In this document: in pieces, positions 36,996-48,278 of the stretch
Position numbering within the stretch: position 1 is the stretch's first letter
How the letters are laid out: each line of letters begins with the position of its first letter
Assembly (NCBI GenBank): GCA_051362555.1
Contig: CM120640.1
Span: forward strand, 59,622,788 to 59,686,787
Direction: 5' to 3'
DNA from: Lingula anatina
Lineage: Eukaryota; Animalia; Brachiopoda
Length of the DNA stretch: 64,000 nucleotides
Program-made: the position numbers and the translations under genes
Notes under the pieces: model-generated
Databases searched by the model: none
Seen by the model: only the letters and a program-made list of their open reading frames with translations
What the model was told of the DNA's origin: nothing

Positions 36996-39987
36996 GTAAA
37001 CATATCTGATAGTTGTGACACGGCGTTAAGGTTAAAAATACCCTAAAACGTCTTTAACAATGTAGGTCTCTGTTTAATTTAGTTGGGGGGGGGGGGGGGG
37101 GGGGTCCATATAGAAAGGAAGGTGCTGTTATACAGTACGAGTGTACTGGGTATGCATAACATTTTGGATACAGTGTGTACCTGTTATTGTAAGAGTCATT
37201 GATATGCATATCCAAACTACTGTACAGAGCCTCATCCTTTGATACTATGTAAAGACTGGTTTCTGTTTGATATATTTAAGTTCAAGGCATGATGAGATTT
37301 AAGGGCAAGTTAACAATAAATGGAAAAATACTTAATAGAACGGGGTTTTGCTCACATTTCCATGCTTGCCTTAATTAATTGTACTAGTGCATGTACCTGT
37401 AACTAATGTCAATTTCAATAATTGGGTTATTTATAACACTGCTATTATTATTAATTTCAATTGCTTCAAATGAAATTAATCACTGCCTTTTACAATTACA
37501 TACACTGTACATGTACACTGTATGATCTTCCTTGCATGATTTTTAATTCTGTTTCTTACTATGCAGTTGAAATATATTAAACATGACATGTTGAAGTCAT
37601 ACATGGATACTGGTCTTCCAAAACAAAAATCCCCCAGTGCCTTCAAAATAATATTTTATAAGACTTGACTTTATTCACTTCAGGATGCACGTGACAAAGT
37701 TGAATATGATGTCAGTCATTTACCTGGTGCCATTTTAACAGAGCCTGGAAAATCAAACATTACTGAGCTAGTACAATTTATTAATGAGCAGTGCAACAGT
37801 AAGTATAAGTATGAATATTTGCTTTCTAGAAATAATAGTTATTCTTAAATGTGCCAAGGCCACTGAATTCTCATTATTGTTATTTATTATTAGTAAATCA
37901 ATCAGTTAATTAAATTCAGTAACATAACATCCTTAATTGGCAGAGCTTATAATCTATAAAAGTTCATAATGATGCATGATATCCAGACTTTACGCTGATA
38001 ACTATCTGTAATTAGTTGAGAGCACATCTATTGCACAACATCCTAATGACACATTTTGAGATTTTTGGTCATTTTCTTGGCCATGTCTTGCCATGGTGAA
38101 GAATCCTGAAAAAATTACAGTATCCAGATAGTGGTACACATCACCACCATAATCTCATGTCTTCTAAGTTAGTATTTAATTTATAACCCCTTTTTGTCAT
38201 AATCCTGAGTATTTTTTCAAAATCCATCAATTACGCTTTAAGTTAGGTTGATAAATACTGTAGCAGACAACCAAACAGAAATACTAATGGATGTAAAAAC
38301 AACCTCCTTGTTTGGTATTATGTGCCTTTCTAGCATGATTCACTGAAGTCAATTCAGGTGCAATCAAATGTGATTAGAGAACTCAGTTATAAACAGAAAT
38401 TGATATAAACCTATCTATATACTGGTTAGGTACTGGTACCTAATTAAATCTTTACAGAGAAACCATGCAAAGCAATAGTTTGCTACTGTTCCCTTGGCTA
38501 CAGGTCTTCTTCACTGGCAGAGAAACTGAAAACAGCTATGGATTCTGAGGCCAAAGGTACAAATTATTTTTTTCTTGATAATAGTAAATGATAGTCTAAT
38601 AAATGTATTAACTGAGCTGCATTAGTATATATTATCAAATACTTCCCTGTGAAAATTAGTTGCAGTTAATATTGTTGTTGAAACTTTGAAAACAAGAAAT
38701 GAATGCTATCAATAGGATTTATCATGGTTCCAGGGAGTTGTATGTACTGATGTTTTAGTGATAGCAGTCTCTAACTTCTGGGTAAAAAAATTAGTGAAAC
38801 GAGTATGTTTTGCATTTGTCACAAGGGCATCATCATCACCAACATCTATAAGCAGGCCATTCCACTAATTACTACCTTAGTGAGAAGCATTCACAGTTCT
38901 ACCAACACCCAATGACCTATGGGCATTCAGCTTGATGATGCTCTTGTGACAAGAGTGAAACGTAGCTGTTTCATTAAAACATCAGGAAAAGGAAAAAGAT
39001 GTAAAATAAATAAAATTGCATATTGATCATTTGTCAAATATATCTGCATGTCCATGATACTGGGTAACAACAATGGGTTATCATCTTTGAAAGTCTGTCA
39101 AAATATTCCTATGTGCTCGATTACAATAGCTGTGCTTTCATGTGAACGGGGATGGATTTGATGATATAACAAACAATTTCGTGTTTTCAAACATTGCTGT
39201 GTATTTAAATTTTTTTCTTAGCCAAAAATGATATTCAAACAGCGCTTAAATCTGGGACACAGACATACCAGTCTATTTTGCAGCTGTACATTATGGAAAA
39301 AAGCTCTCAAAATAGTTTTGTCATGTTTTTTGGTCATCTCAGGGATCATTTACGGCACACACAGAAAAATGTAAAAAATGTTCTTCATCGCAAATTTTGA
39401 TGGGTGAAGATAACGGATTGTTGTGCATAACCATCGTTTCCGTTTTCAATGTCAGTACAAAGTATGATTTCCTATTGCAGGGCAATTTCTTACCATCGCT
39501 GTTTAACTGCCGATTTTGGATGGCAGTGTGCTTTCCCAACTCTGTGAAGTTAATCGACGCTTTCCTGTTTAATGTTACCTTTTCCAAAATTTATGAATAT
39601 GAAGCAAAATACAATGCATATTCTAAGCAGAAAGCATGCTCACAAGATGGTTTTAATGTTAAATTTTGATGCCCATGTCCCATTGTTGTTACCTAGTATC
39701 TTGGACGTGCTAATATATTTTATGTAAATCGCCTAATTATTGTTAATTTTTTGCGTTTTGCATTTTCAGGCACTGTTTTCAGTGAACTGCCCATTTATAA
39801 TCTTGAAGGCAGCATATTTAAGTGGGCTAATGAAAGAAAACCTATGATTAACTCACATAACAAACCAACAGTATATGCTCATCCATACAATTCAGTTTTT
39901 GGAAAACTGCTGGAGCATTCCCTTAGGAAATCTAGTTTTGACTCATGTTATGAAGAGTCTGAAGTAAGGAAAGCCAACAAGTCTTAG
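36804..39987 (+). CDS. Single-domain rhodanese (sulfurtransferase)-like protein, 4 exons, 207 aa
   Basis: Join of 36804-36995, 37684-37798, 38458-38556, 39770-39987; GT-AG, phases 0/1/1, 624 nt. Motifs LLDAR..EYDVSHLPGA, active-site loop CYCSLGYRS, YNLEGSIFKWANE, HPYNSVFGKLL. Confidence 0.92.
37684..37798 (+). CDS. Rhodanese exon 2
   Basis: ttcag|DARDKVEYDVSHLPGAILT...QCN|gtaagt. Confidence 0.92.
38082..38320 (-). mobile_element. Degenerate relative of the small HINE at 17795
   Basis: aaaacaacctccttg and catcaccaccataatct resemble the reverse complement of caaggaggttatgtttt and ggtggtgg. Confidence 0.4.
38458..38556 (+). CDS. Rhodanese exon 3 (catalytic Cys)
   Basis: tacag|KPCKAIVCYCSLGYRSSSLAEKLK...AK|gtacaa. 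Confidence 0.92.
39046..39710. mobile_element. MITE with about 32-bp TIRs
   Basis: gcatgtccatgatactgggtaacaacaatggg versus cccattgttgttacctagtatcttggacgtgc (3 mismatches). Confidence 0.75.
39770..39987 (+). CDS. Rhodanese exon 4
   Basis: ttcag|TVFSELPIYNLEGSIFKWANERKPM...HPYNSVFGKLL...KS*(TAG). Confidence 0.92.
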
Positions 39988-40320
39988 CAGTGGTAACATG
40001 GCTCATGAATTGGGCAAATAATGATAGATCTTGGACACATTGCACAAGAAGAGGGACTTATGTCATGTTATTTTATGTGATTTTTACAACATATCTAATA
40101 TTTTGAAGTAATGCATAAGTGAGTAAGAAAGTGCATGTTAGAAGTTCATCTTGAAGAAAATGTTTGAATTCCATCACATTTGTCTTTGAAAATGTAAAAT
40201 TAAAATAAGAAAGCATAGCATGACACCAGCACAAAATTAATTATGGCATACAGTGTCAATAATTATTTGCAGCAAATGTGATATTTAGTGATAATCAGTG
40301 ATAATTTGATTAGGTAGCAT

Positions 40321-40322
<2 letters not shown>

Positions 40323-40364
<42 letters not shown>

Positions 40365-40371
40365 GAGCAAG

Positions 40372-40407
<36 letters not shown>
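40323..40407. repeat. (GT)n followed by (GA)n compound microsatellite
   Basis: direct reading. Confidence 0.93.
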
Positions 40408-40411
<4 letters not shown>

Positions 40412-40786
40412 TGTAGGCTGCCAGCCTTATTAGCCCCATGTTCTGACTAAGAAATGATGTAATGATAATAACTTTTTCTTACAATCATAGACAGTTCAAG
40501 TGCACAATAAAGTAGAATTACTGTTATAATTATTGTTTTAATTTTAATTATTGTTATAATAATTAAAGACTACTTAAATAAGAAGAAAAATTTTAAAAAC
40601 TATAAATGAAATTATATAAGTTATGGGTTTAAAGACTGCTCAGGTGTTTGAAATATATTGTGCATGAATGACTTTTAGAAAATCAGTTACATTTAAGGAT
40701 TATGTATATTGTGATATGAGTGAAAGCCTAGTCTTTATTATCTTTAAAATTTGCAAGGCCTATGAAAATAACAGACAGATCTTAAT

Positions 40787-40790
<4 letters not shown>

Positions 40791-40823
<33 letters not shown>
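40791..40823. repeat. (TTA)n microsatellite
   Basis: direct reading. Confidence 0.9.
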
Positions 40824-40826
<3 letters not shown>

Positions 40827-43800
40827 GAAGTACGAGTATACTGCAATGTAATGTATATGCAATTCTTGAGGCCTGTTTCACAAAAGAACAAATTGTTCTA
40901 AACTTGTTTATAAAGTCCAAAATTGTAGCCTCCTTTGCCCAAAATAAATCAGCAGTAGTTAATTAAATGGAATTGTTTTATAACATGAAAGTTGCTTCTA
41001 ATGTTTCATAGCAATAAAGAATTTAGTGGAATACTATGGGTTCATGTTGAAGTAAACCTTTCAGCTAAAAGTTTACTGAGGTTTTTGGATGAACTTGGCC
41101 ATTGCTTTCACATTGAAATTATTCATATAATGCATGTACCATTGTCTTGTTGGTAGGATTAGGAATTTTTATTTTTATATTTTAAGTGGCTAAAATTTAA
41201 ATGAGTGTACTTCTCTTAAGGTCTGTACTTCAAGGGAACACATTTGTTAGCCAGGAGAGAATAGTCCATCATACCCAAACAGTTTTTTTAATCCCAACTA
41301 CTGCAATGACTTTTTTGCAGTTCACAAATAAAACGTTTTATTTCAACAATGTTGCTTTTCTTCAGTTTGTAGTTTTATTTACTTGATATAAGGAGGAAGT
41401 TCTTGCTACAACTGGTTGTCTGATGCACCAGAGCGTACTCTTTTAATTCATCTGGGAAAACTTGTCATTTTATATGGTTCTAATTACAATGAAGCTGTGT
41501 GTACTTAATGATATCTTAAACATTGTTAAAATTTGCAGCATTTTGGTTACACAGTGCAGTCTGTTGTTTCTTTATCTGTTAATTAGTCTGACCAAGGAAT
41601 TACAACTTACAAGTGTTGTAACTCCTTGGTCTGACTTATGCTAAACCAGAGTGACATTTTCCTCAAGAGTTTAAATCTCCACGGATTAGCTATGTTTTAC
41701 TTCATTATAACCTTTACCTAAGAAGAAAGATTTTGTCAGTACTCTGGTATGAAGATAGGGAATGAAAGGTAATTGCTATATTTTCAAGGTATATGTCTGA
41801 GACTTGTTCATCTTATATAAGCAAAAGCCCCTGTGACTTATGTTGTCAGACCTGCCAGCTCTGCTGATCTCATCAGGAGTCTCATAATTTTCTGCACCAT
41901 GAAAAAGTCGTGTGTAACAGGGTGGCAACTTAGCATCAAACCAGCTGTTTAGGAGCACTTGTCCATGTCGAATCCCATAGCTTGTTTACTGATTTCCACA
42001 GTCCTTTTCCCTTGAGACAAACTTCATATCATTTAACACCCAGTGCAGGATATGGCAAAAAGAACAAATAAGCCAATTTAACACCTGTAACAGTTGCAAG
42101 TTAGATCACATTTTTTGGCCAGGACTTCTGTCTGATGTGGCTTGCCTCATCCATTTTTTTCACATGTCCAAGGCTACGAGTAATTTGTGCCTGCTGCACG
42201 ACAAGGTTGTCTGCAAGAATCCGAATGACACATTTCCCTCTACTTTATTAAGATACTTTGGTCTAGTGGCACGTATTTGATGTAGCCCATTAAACACAAG
42301 GCGAAGATGCTCTTCAGATATCATCTGGGGGGGGGGGGAGTGACAATAATTAAGAAGAGTCTGCGCAGACTGACATTTACCCAGTAAGATGCAATGATAA
42401 CCATGCACCACTGCTACGTAGCATATATGCAGGCAAGTGGAACGTTTGGTTGACAAACAAAATGATTAAAGTGCTGTAAGTTCACACGCTATTAAACTGA
42501 ATATTGGTGACGTATTTACTCTGAAAGAATCTGTGGCCAACAAACACATTATGACAGAAAACGTGTCCATGCATTTTGTGATTTTGTGGGATGCATGATG
42601 CACATGTGGTAATGTGATCTTAAGAACAAACCATGTTATCACTCCTGCTACATGTAAATGAAAACATGATAGGGTTTTATAATTGATAGTTTTGAATACA
42701 AAAGAAAAAAAAAAGAATTTAAAAAAAACTTGTAAAAAAATAAAAATATAGAAAAATACATGGTCGTGCACATATTTATTGAGTGAAAAATTGATACTAA
42801 TATAATAAAAGGAATAGTGAATGTGTTTTGCAAATGGACCCATTGATTATTAGAGGCAAGTAACAGCTCTTCACAGTAAAAAAGGCAATGCCCCCGGTAG
42901 AAATTTTTGCATGCAGAGCCAAAAAAATAAAAGTGAGATGAAAATACTTTTAAAAATTTTAATTTAATTTTGGGTGAAACAAGTTACTAAAAATTGGTCC
43001 CAAGAATCATCATTCCAAATTAGTTAGTGATCCTGATGCCAAGCGAAAAAGTGTTTATTGCTTAAATTTTTGCAGGGTGGCATTGAAATTCCATGTTAAT
43101 GCTGCAAACCCATTAATAACTTATAACTAACTGCATATGCTTTTTAAGGCAATTATATTTCTTTTTTATGGAGCACTAAATTGTTAACAGGAAATTATCC
43201 TTTTCTAATAGCATTCACTGCAAAATCAATTTTCTGAGTAAATTTCACATTTTTTATGAGATGAAATTTTATTGCCAACCACTCTTGTATTTCAGAAGGT
43301 TTCAATATTTTGTCACTGGCTTTACTTTTATGTTTGAGACATGTGGCATAGTTGAATCATAGTGCTAAATTAAATTAGTTATTTGATTTGCTTTATTGTG
43401 ATAGATAAAAACTCATTTGCCTTGCCTCCATTGTTTATTTTGAAATAAAAAAATTGACTCTGTGAAACAGCAGCCCTCATACCCATGATGCAAAAATGGT
43501 TTAGTATTCCCTTCAGGTTATTTTGATGATGTTATACTGGCCAAAAGAAGAAATTTCAAGTTTTTATTTTGACCATGGTGCTTCTAAATGCTTAAATATG
43601 TACATGTTAAATGGAACAGAACTTAACAGACATGATCTTTTCCACCCAAAATTGATACTAATAAAATATTATAACAAGTATTTTTTCCTTGTTAGAAATA
43701 AGTTATAAGAATTGACATTAGGCACAGTCAAATTAAAGAAGCCAACCTTTCAAGACTGACATAAGGACTTTAGTCTTCCATTATTTTGTAGAAGCATCTC

Positions 43801-44307
43801 AATGTACATTTGGAGACATTGTGTAGTCATTTCCCATTAACAAATAGGTATCTCTGTAAAAACAGAAGATGGATCAGAAGTGATGGTCACCAGCTATCAT
43901 TTCATAGGAGAGAACACATTTTCTAATGCTCATTGATGTGATCAGCTAGAATACAGAGACAGAGATCCTTGAAACTGTTTTAGTGTCATTTTTGTTTTGT
44001 AAGACCAGTCATGTTCTAATATTATCATCGGTAAAGGTGCTATAAAAAGTGTTATTTAAGCTGATTCAAAGGATGCCTTGGTCATAAGAGGGGGGGGGGG
44101 TCATGGACTGGTAACACTAACCATAGTTCACAGGTCTTTACCTGTCATCTACACCATTCCAGATATGATCTTCTTTGAGCAGAGTGGGATCAGAAATAAT
44201 GGCAGACCAGTTTGCAAAACAATACAAAATTCACAAAGGTTTGCAGGTCACTTTTGTATTGCTTTCTAGGACAATATTTCAGACGCATAGATTTTCACCC
44301 GTATCAC

Positions 44308-44332
44308 CAGGGAATCATATATTAATTCCCTG
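44308..44332. mobile_element. 25-bp palindromic micro-element with 7-bp TSD
   Basis: gtatcac|CAGGGAATCATATATTAATTCCCTG|gtatcac. Confidence 0.65.
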
Positions 44333-46244
44333 GTATCACCTACTGAAAAGTTAACCCTACTTTTTCAAGTTTGTTTGATGTTACACACTGCTTTTAGCCT
44401 CTATCTAGACTGTTTTGAAGAATGCCCATTGGTGAAGTAAACATTAGAGGGCATCAACTGTCCCAGGTTCTTGGCATGAATATTTTTCACGGTACAGCGT
44501 ATAGTGAAAAATGATTGTCTTTGCGTTACGTCACAAGCATGTGACAGTGCTGAGTAGTAGTCACAGGTGTGACTATTAGGTGTACTTTGCAGTAGCACTT
44601 CAGTTCTAGCCCGACAGCTTAGCAGTTAGGACACACTAAAAATTTTATTTTATAAATATTTATTTGGGTTTGTGAATTCAGAGTGAGGTCTGTCACTCTA
44701 GATCTCTGAATATCATGCATCTATATTTTATAGGGTGATGATTCCCATAAGTTAGCATCGCAGCTACAGACACAGTTTTCCATAGTGACTTTACTGTTTC
44801 GCATGCACAGTTTTATCTATGGTTTTTACTGGGCGGCATGTTATTCTTAAGGAGATCTGTTTTACGCAGTTTTTCGGAAATGTACAATAATAGTAATGAT
44901 AACGGAGTTCAAAGTTAAGTTATCGGTAGAAGATTAAGTACTTTCAATGTGTCATTATTTGAGTTTGATACTCAAATGGTATATTTAAAATTTATAAAAA
45001 AAAAAAAAATTTCTATTAGTACAACAAAGCACAAATATATATTACACACAACGTATTGTATTATTTGTTAATGAATTCCAATTGAAAGAAATAAAACCGA
45101 CTCCCTTCTCTTATCGGCCAGGCTAGTCGGCAAATAAGTATTTGCCTTTGTTTTGTGTATGCTATATAGAATAGTAAAGACGAAGAGTTACTTGTTGCTT
45201 TACAAGGTCATCTGCTATAATCCACAGCTAAGGGTATTACAAGCATTATAGTAGCAAAATCACTAACACATGTAATACATGTATTTGCATAACAAAACAT
45301 TTTTGTTTCAATTTCACTTGTTTCTTTCACATTCTGTCTATGGTCAAGGTAATACAGTCAAATATTTTTTTCTTCAGAATCAAAGTAATTTGCCTAAACA
45401 AAACCCAACTTTCCAAGAAACCTTGGACAAAGCAGACAATCTGGTGACCTTTTAATTAACACCTGGAATAATTACTTTAATAATAAAGTGTCCAATGTTT
45501 TTCCTTTATATCACTTGATTAGAAGTACTGGTAATGAACGATATTATGGATGATTAAAATTGTATGTATATTTCTGTAAACTTTAAAGCTTGAAAAATTA
45601 AATACCAAACAATAAAAATAAAATTTACTGTTACGTTAACTAAGCAGCTCAATGATTTGTAAGAGTTCAAAGACAAACTCTCCTCCAAACTTCAAAGTGA
45701 CTTTCTAAATGTAAAATAACAACTGTAAATTCCCAATATTTTGTGTATAAAACCAAAAAGTAAAATGACAAACAAAATGACATGCTACCGGTAACATGGT
45801 TACAATACAACACTAAGACTATAATGCATGGATTATCAATTATGCTTTAGTATCCATTTACCAGTCAAAATGAACATAAAAAGTATTCTTGTATTCAACT
45901 GAACCATGGTTATGGCCAAAGTTGGCATTATGATCATCACAAATGAAAGATTCTATGTTGCATAGTAGCTATGTAAAATGTTTATCAACAAAAGGGCCCT
46001 GAAGTTCTGTACCAAAAGTTATTCCAAAATCCAATAACAAAAATGTTTCAAGGACAAACATTATTTACTGTATCTCAAAGGGGCGCAACTGGGTGGCATG
46101 TGTCACAAAATTTCTGCTAATGAAATGAAATGCTGTCTTGATGATAATATATTATGCTGTATGGCAAACAAAGAAAACAGGTTACCCTAAATTTGACAAA
46201 GAAGTGGAAAAGTGACAAGCCCAAAATTCAGTTACATTTTTTAA

Positions 46245-46596
46245 AGAGCTAACAACTGTATGTATAAAATTCATGTTTCACAATACAAACATTGTAAACG
46301 ACTCATAGAAATATAATGAACTTCGTTTTACCATCAAAAAAACAGTTATTGCAATTATTCTGGAATCTGTGCTTGCCATCAGACCATATGTAGCTTTATA
46401 GATGGCTAAGTCTCAGTAATAATCTCTTATTACAATATTACAAAAAAAAACAAAACTTTCTAACTTTTTAGAAATAAAAACATGGACTAGCTTTGAATGT
46501 CAAAATGGATTCATTAACCATTAGTAAGTATGGGGAAATCATTGTTTACCCCAGGAAAATCCATTTTTTTGACCAAAACAAACAGTTGTTATCCCT
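46245..46596. mobile_element. Kolobok-type MITE (TTAA TSD), degenerate
   Basis: ttaa|agagctaacaactg ... cagttgttatccct|ttaa; internal similarity to 5686-6016. Confidence 0.7.
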
Positions 46597-47624
46597 TTAA
46601 TTAGATGACAGTGTCCTTTGCACTTAAGATCTAACTTGCTTTCTCAACTGTGACCAAAAATGCTTTCCAGTATTTATTGTTTGTTTAATTTAGACCTCAC
46701 AAAATATATTAACAAATATATTATATTTGCTAAATTAAAAATGATGCATCAAAATTAATAAATAAAACAGAAAACGTGGTCTTAAATATAGAAATAAAGA
46801 TATCAGGAATCACTTAGCCTTGCAAAAATGACTCATAAAACCAATAAATACAATTTTCAGTATCAAATATGTCACTATATCAACAAAAACAGGAAAAAAG
46901 AATGTAAATGCAGCACACAGAAGTACTCACATATGTCATAACTGAAGCAAAAAAACAAAGCAATTCCAAATATCCGTTACAAATTTTATTCTTCACTGAC
47001 CTTCCTCATGCACTGCATGAGCACCACTTACGTCATATGTACAGGGTTTACACTTAGTATTTACATATTCTACACTTACTGTGGCCAATCCAAATCCAAC
47101 ACTTTAAGAATGGGCAAGAAGCAAAAGAATCTTTATGAATTGATGGAATTAAATGTTAATATATTGATGTCATCTTAAAAAATACATAACAGAAAGAAAG
47201 TATAAATGTATGTAGCACTATAATAATAATAATAATAATAAAAATCTGATTTCAGACTCAGCTGTGTAGATAAATTAAACTTAGTATAAAACCTCATAAA
47301 TAATGAAGTCCTTAGTTTTCTTACATTTTTTTTACAGCATGGGGAAGTAAAAATCTTGTAAGTGACCTAGCGATAAAAATCAAAACAATTTCTTCCATAT
47401 TACAACAAGTGCATGACTGTCTACAGACTGAATGGTCTATTAAATGGACAAATAACCATTCCAGTATGGGTAATAATTTGGAAGCAGCACACAATTACAT
47501 GTATTATTCAGCCTTGCAACCAAAGGCCTTTTCCATTTTTTTAACCCATAAAAATGGTTTTGTTGAACCTGTATTGTCTATAGTGGTATTTACAACTAGA
47601 CTTCTGGTACACTCATGGTTGTTG

Positions 47625-47732
47625 TCAGTCACTGTCCTCAGGTCTTACAAAATTTTCTGAATATTTTGTCCTGACACCAACCAATTCCAGTAGTTGCCTG
47701 TCTGGAGTCTCAGCCCAGGATTCTAGATTCAG
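47625..47732 (-). CDS. TLDc protein last coding exon
   Basis: tatag|LNLESWAETPDRQLLELVGVRTKYSENFVRPEDSD*(TGA). Confidence 0.92.
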   Translation of the reverse strand: MNLESWAETPDRQLLELVGVRTKYSENFVRPEDSD

Positions 47733-48194
47733 CTATACAAAAACAAAGAAAACCGTCTTGAACAACAACAAAAGTTGGATCTAGGATCCAGGCAATATCA
47801 ATCAATAAATTATCTAATCATCTTGCAAAAGAAAATTTGCTGTAATTTTTTTAATCAAAATTTTAATGTTTTTTTTTTATAAGAAACAATCACATACTCC
47901 ATAATCAAATGTTACCAGAAATTGTATATCTGCACAATAATGTTGTAACACGTGAACAATGTGTACCTTTCTTTGGGAAAGTTTCTCAGCTTCTTTCTTT
48001 TCCCAGGCACGCTGTTTGAGCTGAGCTTGTTTCATGGCTATACCTGCACAACCCCAGACCTGAAGAAAATGACAGTTAAGTTTTACGTTTAATATCTTCT
48101 ATCTTTTGACAGACTTCTTTCTTTTTTGTTTGAAGGCAAGTTGATACATTATGCTGGAAGTATGAATGGTTTAACAGAGAAATGTGAGGTTCCT

Positions 48195-48278
<84 letters not shown>

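Noticed and set aside
47625-47627. TGA as selenocysteine
   Set aside because: It falls after the conserved C-terminal motif and no SECIS was recognised
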